Positions 53,974 through 64,000 of a DNA stretch of 64,000 nucleotides are shown here, in pieces. Below the pieces are notes generated by a model. That model did not search any database. It had not been told where the DNA came from and was given only the letters and a program-made list of their open reading frames with translations. Positions within the stretch are counted from its first letter, which is position 1. Every line of letters starts with the position of its first letter. Origin of the DNA: the human T2T-CHM13v2.0 reference genome, Homo sapiens; assembly GCF_009914755.1 (NCBI RefSeq), contig NC_060926.1. One strand, 5' to 3'. The position numbers were made by a program, and so were the translations under genes.

Positions 53974-54699
53974 AGAAAAGAAATTCTACTAGAGAAGCTT
54001 ATAAAGCAAAATGTTTGGTGCTGCTCAGATTAGGATAAATGGAACACATTTAATAGGTTCTCTGAGGGGTCTACTTTTTTACAACAGTGAAGGTAGATGG
54101 TACCTACCATCTCTAATTTCATGCCAGAAAATGAAGCATATATTTTAATTTGTAAATACAGAATTTTCAGAGTTCTTTGGCCTATTTCTCTCCAGGAATG
54201 TTGGTACATGCTGTTCCTGAACATCAGTGAAACCACCTTTAATGAGATGTCTTTGGCCCAGCTGGCATTCCTGACTTGGATCCAAAATGATATTGAAAAA
54301 AGTCTTTTGTGGACTTTATTTTAATCAAATAAATGTGGCAAATAAAACAATATTGTTATAGGATGATAATAAATAACTATATTATTTTGCAGATACTTGG
54401 CAAATGCATTATAGGAATGGCCCACATAGTAAATTATAATAAAAAGAGTATAAAATAGAAATATATTTCCTGGCCACCCCTCTAAATGGTAGTAAGAAGC
54501 AGATGAAATTCATCTTTGTGCAAATACTCTGAAAAGTAAAATATTACTAATTTAAATAAGTAATAAAAAATTTCTAGGAATAGTTCATGTACATTGTGTC
54601 ATATTTAGATTTTGTTCAATATATCATCATAAGCTCTATCCTAAGTCAAAACTTGCCTTCAGACCCCACTATACAACCAACCACACTTTAGTCTTTTGG

Positions 54700-55160
54700 C
54701 AGGCACTGTGGTAACTTCTCAATTTCTGGGCCCACTTCAGCTGGTAAATAAGCCAGTTCCTTTCCATCTCTGGGAGGAGCTCCCTCCTTCCCTGGCACTA
54801 GGTGTCATTGATTCAGGGGTAAGCACAGGACTCAAGCCAAGACAATGAGAATAGAGAACAGAAATTGGAAAAGTAGCTTCCTTGCTTTTCTGAGAATGCT
54901 TCTGGAATCACTTTTCTTTGTCTCTCTCTGTCATGGACAAGGACTTCTGTAGCCTCTGGTGTTGTTGGCAGCCAGTTTGTATCTATATAGGCCAGATGAC
55001 ACCCCAGAATGTAGGATGGTGAGGCAAAAAAAAGTGGGCATTTGATGACTTTGTTAGTCATTGAACCAAGACTCTCATGAGTCAGTATATCCACTTTATT
55101 GTAAATATCAATGTAAATTGGGTGTTTGGTTACTTATCACTGAGCACATTCTAACAAATG
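54700..55160. mobile_element. MLT1J/K/L-type LTR remnant
   Basis: gtcattgattcaggggtaagcacaggactcaagccaa..tgggtgtttggttacttatcactgagcacattctaac. Confidence 0.6.
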
Positions 55161-55273
55161 AAATTCCTTTCTTCAAAAAACATCTACTAAGTGCTAAACT
55201 TTGGTATACAAAGATAGTTAAAACATCTTCCATGCCCTCAGAGAAGTTACAGTCTGGTAGGAAAAGCCAACAA

Positions 55274-55510
55274 GAAAATACCAAGGTGGGGTGGATATAG
55301 CCAGAGTGGTCCATCACAGGTGTAGGAGATAAGGGGGTGCATTGTTTCCAAATTATTTAGAATATAATAATAATAGAGATTTGAAATTTGCATACTTTTT
55401 ATTATCACCATGCATGCCAATTCTAAACAATGCCAGTGATAAAAATACTCCTCCCTGCCAGGGTGGACCATGCCACTCCCTTCAGGTCCCCAGCCCTTGT
55501 AACCACAATG
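55274..55510. mobile_element. hAT-Tip100 MITE (MER97-like)
   Basis: ataagggggtgcattgt..ttttattatcaccatgcatgccaattctaaacaatgccagtgataaaaatactcctccc. Confidence 0.6.
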
Positions 55511-56539
55511 GTTGTTAAATAACTATCTATAAATCACACTAAACATCTTTGACCTTGAAGTTCACCTTTAGGGAGAAATAAACTCCCTAAAGTATGCTGT
55601 TCTTTGATCATACTGGGAACCAAAATCTTGACTACAATAATGGAGTTGAGCTATCTAGATTTTATAATGTTGGCAACAGAGAGTATATAATTCAGTGCTA
55701 TGTGAAGGCAACTTCATAACTTACTGAGAGTATATGAAGATACATAAGAGGATAAGGAATATAATATACCACAAGGTATTAATACTGTAAAGTGGGAGTT
55801 GATATGAACTTTCAATTTGCCCTTACTGAGAAACTGATGACACCTCTCAGTCAGGTGTGCATAACAGACTCTAATGACTCCAAATGACTCTAGAAGTTTC
55901 TACTAAAGTAATTTAATTTACTGATGCTCTTCTGTGCATCTACCTTTCCAGGTGTAATTGAGGAGTCCTTACCGGAAGGTCACTTTACTATATCAGTGTT
56001 TTTCACTCTCGGTTTTTGATGAAATACTTGCTTTAAGATTGCTTTAAGTGTAGTCTTTATCCATTGTAGTATGAGAGACAGTTGCTTCACCATTATTGTT
56101 TGCTTGGCTGTTTCCTGCCTGATGGATGCAGAGTACACTGCAGTGTAGGGACAGGTAATGTGTAGTGGGAGTTCTGAAGCTGGTGAAGTCAGTCCTCACT
56201 GGGCAAAAGAGCATATCTGGTTCCTGAGAGATGAGAAATATTTGTGTAGAAAATCTTTAAGAAAGGGAAGGCATTGAAAGCTTAGGAAACAGTTTAAGAA
56301 AAAAACACAAGAGCATAAAAAATGTGTATTCAGTAAAGACAGTAAAAAAGCAAGTCCAAAATATGGGTGTGTAGCGGCATATGGTGGGGTAAAGAAATCT
56401 GTTCTATCACAGCAGAAAGATGACTACGTAGCAGAAAGAAGTTGCATCTAGAACTTCATGCTAACCACTTAGGACCTTATTTGTTAAATAATAAGAACCC
56501 ATTTTTTTTAAGTATGAGCACAGAAATGATGTAATTCTG

Positions 56540-59870
<3,331 letters not shown>

Positions 59871-62800
59871 GTCAGATGAATTGTTGTGGTTAGAAAAGGA
59901 GAAGTAAGGGATGATTTAGAAAGTGGTAAAGTCATTTCAAAGGTAAAGGAGACAAATTAATTCCTCTATTAGATAACTTACATTAAAACTGTTATTATTA
60001 TTGTTCTGTTGGTTGTGAAATATCTATAAAATTCATGCTGTGCAACTGATTTGTTCACTTAAAAGAAATTTAAGTGCCCTTCCAAGTCTTATATGAGGAC
60101 ATTATTTTTTCTTTTTAAAAGACAAATAAAATGAGATCTTTATTAAGTTTCAAAGTTTAGTTAAGAGACTTGAAAGTTAATGCAGTAACATGCATTTGCA
60201 ATCTTACTGCATTGATTTGTTTGACATAGAATCATCTTCCAAGCCCTCTCAAGCCTTTTTTCTCACATCTGTGACAGGGCATGCATGACCTAACCAAAGA
60301 TCAGCATCATGTTGTGTGAGCATGTGATTTGTTGTTTTCTAAAAAAGTCATAAGTTCAACAAATACAGCTGAATTCTTTTGCTGTTGAACAAATTTATTT
60401 TATTGACTTGCTTCAGAAATATGTGACAATGGAGCCGCTGTCCCACTCTTCTTAGCAATGACAAATTGGTCATACACTTCAATTAATAATATCTGGTAAA
60501 TAGCTCTGAGGCACTTGTTTGTAAAAATTAGTATTCCATGTTATACACTAATTAAAAATACAGAGCTGCCATTATGAAATGTGTTTTTAAAGCTCAACAT
60601 ATTATGTGTAATAGCCCTTAAGTTTGCTATGTCTTTGCAGTCTGCCTTTCCCACAGATTGTGAATCAATCTGTTTTTTCATTTTATAGAAAAATTGGGTT
60701 AGTACATATAATTTGATCTCACAGAGGTGTTGAAAGTGCATGCATTCTATGTATCTAATAATATATTGTGATAACATTCAGATTAAAGAGATAATTCTTT
60801 TGTGCCCTATGTTGCTGCCCTTTTTCGCTCCCTTTCTGCTTTTCTTTCTTCCCCTTCCCCATATCGTACCTCCAACCCACTAAATTCCGATGATTTAAAG
60901 CATTGTGTCGACATTTTTCCCTTTTATAATGAGTTCAGCTTTTGCCACTGTCAGTGTTTGGGGCTTATATGTAAAATGACTTGATTATTCATGGTGATAA
61001 AGGGGGAGAGCATTGTGGGAAGGAGAGTCTCCGGTACTCTTAGAGCAGGCAGCCAAGATGTTGGGGTTGGAAGGCTGTCTGACCCTTGATGCCACCTTTG
61101 AAGACTTAAAATTCTACCAATCACAATTTATTCCTTTGGATTAGGGCATTGCCCCTTATCAAAATGCAAATCCCTCAGGGCCAGAAAATGCCTAAGCTGC
61201 TATCATTCATTAACATCATACAACTAATTCATGTATTGGAATCATTCCAGCAGAATTAGGCTGACAGCAATTTTTAAGAAAAATTAGACAGATACAGCTT
61301 GAAAGAGATTCAGAACTAGATGAGGTCACTAAACATCCAGAGAGCAGTAGAAGGCCATTGTAGACAGAGAAGAGGGAGAGGAAAAACAACTAGAGGTTAA
61401 AGAGGCTCAAGAGAAACTCATCTAATTCACAGTTTTGCCCAACCTTGGTCCTAAGTGTGATTTTATGTTTAAGTGAAGAAAGCAAACATCCACATGAATA
61501 CCGTGTGAGTCTAGCTAGCCCAGGGAACATAGTTTCCTGCGGAATTTCATCTGGGATCACTATATACACAATAGTCATGGAGAATGGGAAGTACCTACAG
61601 AAATTAACTTGTAGATGATCAAAAGTATGAAGGCGTCAGAATGGGCTAGAGGTTGTTTATTGCATTTGCAAAATTTCAAAACAAATGTGTAATTCTGATC
61701 ATGACTATTAAAACTGAGCAGAACTGGTCAAAAGTCTCATTTCAGGCCAATGGTTAAGTATTTATTTCACCAAATTTTAATTAGATATGTCTGCATATGC
61801 TCCCTTTTCCTCTTCTTACATTTAGTAAGCATTTCTAGTATCCATATTTGTACAAAGTTTACTGCCAGCATTCTGGGGAATACAAAGAATAAGAAATACA
61901 AAAAAGCTGTTTCCAAGTAGCTACTACAAAGCTGCAAGAAGAAAATAAAACAATAACTATAATGCAAGTTAGACTATGATACGAGCTCTCTGGAAAGCAC
62001 AGATGAAGCACAATGTGATATGTGGGGAGTGTTAAACAATGCTTGATGCCATCATTATAAATAACTTATTCAGCCATTGCTATAAAGATTGGCAGTTGGG
62101 GGTGACAGTTACTTTCATGCAGATCACCTAAGGCAAGCCATCAGTTATCCACCGAGATGAGCGATAACTTGCAAATCCTGGGATTCATCATTGATGAAAA
62201 GAATTTCTGTTCCCCATTTCACTAGAAATTTCCACAGATTCATTAAGTCTTCAAGGGAGAAAATGGAAATTAAAATATCTCTTGAAGCTTTTCCTGAGAT
62301 TATTCTTTTCAGGTCAGGATCTCTCCTTGTCATGGTAAAGTAGGGTTGGGGGTTGAGAGATCTCACAGTCCTGTAGGGACTTTTGAGCTGAGGTATCAGA
62401 AGGCACCAAGGCAAAAGGAAGGTTCAAAGTGGGCAACTATGTGGAAGTGCATGACTCGGAATGTCAGGCAAAACTTAATGGACCACAAATTAGAAGAAGC
62501 CAGAGGCAGGTATTGAAGTCAAAGTATAATGCCTAACTGAAGAATTCTGTTAGTCACATTGAACAATGAATTTTAGTGTTTGAGACTTGCTTTTAAGGAG
62601 TCTGTGGGAGAAAGGCCACAGACTGAGTGGATATTGCCAGACAAGCCAGTCTTCCTTGGACAAATCAGCATCTCTGTCCTTGTGTTCTCACACTGCTCAA
62701 TAATAAGTGATGAGAATCATTCTTCCAGTCATTCATGCCACACACATTTATTAAGCAACTACTATGTTCCAGGCTCCATGCTGAGTGTGCACAGAGATTC

Positions 62801-64000
62801 AAGTAGAAGTAGTTGGTACTCCAGAATGTAGAGTCCAAAGACACCTATAAATAAAAAACAGACAAGCCAGGCATAGCTAAGATGCATGTATTTTTGTGAG
62901 GCTGGCCAAGGGTTGGCCTTAGAACTAGCTTCAACTTTTAAATAGTCATGACTAAGCATCCCACACATGTCATATGATTAATCATGAAAGTCCTTTGCTT
63001 CACAACCTTTTCATAGACAGATATTGTGTAACAAGTTAACCTTAAGGACACATGCCTTAAAGGACTATTGAGCAAAAAAAATAACTAAGCTCTTTCCAGG
63101 TAACACTCAGGGAACTTTTGCAGTGTCATATCCGTTCTCTGGTACCTATGTGTCCGATCTTCCTGCCCATCTGTTTCTTTCACTCAAAGTCCCAGAATCC
63201 TATGCCACGGGCAGGATTTTCACCTCTCAATATAGACCCATGTACCTTACCCCATGTTCCAACTGACTTCCTGAGAAATAAATCATTGTCCTTGTATTTC
63301 ATAAGAGACAACAAACATTGATTTTGTTGTTAACATATGTGAGGCTTCGTTCATCCAATAACTATATATTTTAATCACCAATAAGTATCCTAAAATTTCA
63401 GACGCTAATGCCCTGAGGGATCAACTTTTAATCAATTATTGACTACAGTTTGAGGGGTGCCATGTCCAGATTAAATGCAGTATGATTTATCCTATGGTAA
63501 GTAAATCCTCTCCACTTGGAGTCTTGAAGTTGTTTTAAATGCCTTAAACTAAGTTTCTCCAACAGCAGTTTCAAGATTGTGACATTTAATGCTAGTTTTA
63601 TAGCAAAAAGAATTCTCTAGCAATGTGTTGAAAGGCAACATGAGTTCATTCTGAGTCTTTGATTATGTTTAATAAGCTTTGCTGTCAGACGCTGAGTCAT
63701 GATCTTTCTCTTCTGTTTTACAGTTTGTATTTACACCTATTTGCATTTGATAAAAGCAATGTAAGAGCTCTGCCCTTTGGCAGTGATGACTCCTTTATTT
63801 TAATCAGTGCAAAGAAAAAAATAAGAAAATTTGGCATGAGAGTGTGTAAAACCCCTTCCTTTGGCCATTTTAAATTTTAGTAGTTATGTATGTATTCTTG
63901 TAGAATGACTACTTTGTGACATTAACTGTCAGCACATCCATCATTTGATTTACATTAGAAATTTTGCTATCAGGTTCAATTTAGCAAATAAGGCTAAGAA

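Overview
Primate genomic DNA, most likely human or great ape, judged from the AluJ/S/Y and L1PA elements. It is AT-rich and repeat-dense, and I found no intact protein-coding gene, RNA gene or CRISPR array. The only gene-derived sequence is an intronless CTAGE-family (cTAGE5/MIA2-derived) pseudogene on the minus strand (mRNA copy ~27335-30180; CDS 29919-27594 with one frameshift and two nonsense codons). The most notable observation is that this pseudogene appears to be the cargo of a ~4 kb L1 3' transduction. A 5'-truncated L1PA 3' end (31148-31293), ~1 kb of donor-locus flank, the whole CTAGE copy and its poly(A) sit between one pair of target-site duplications (ACTATACAT at 27327 and 31294) that split an old L1ME element. 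Other structures of note: a ~250 bp inverted templated insertion inside an old L1 ORF1 (414-672 vs 2710-2959), an 88-bp-arm MIR foldback (23522-23785), a probable orphan retroposed LTR/Charlie chimera with its own TSD (~7938-8447), and a decayed hAT transposase fossil (~4290-4830). Repeat subfamily names come from recalled consensus sequences, not database searches, and the boundaries of old repeats are approximate.
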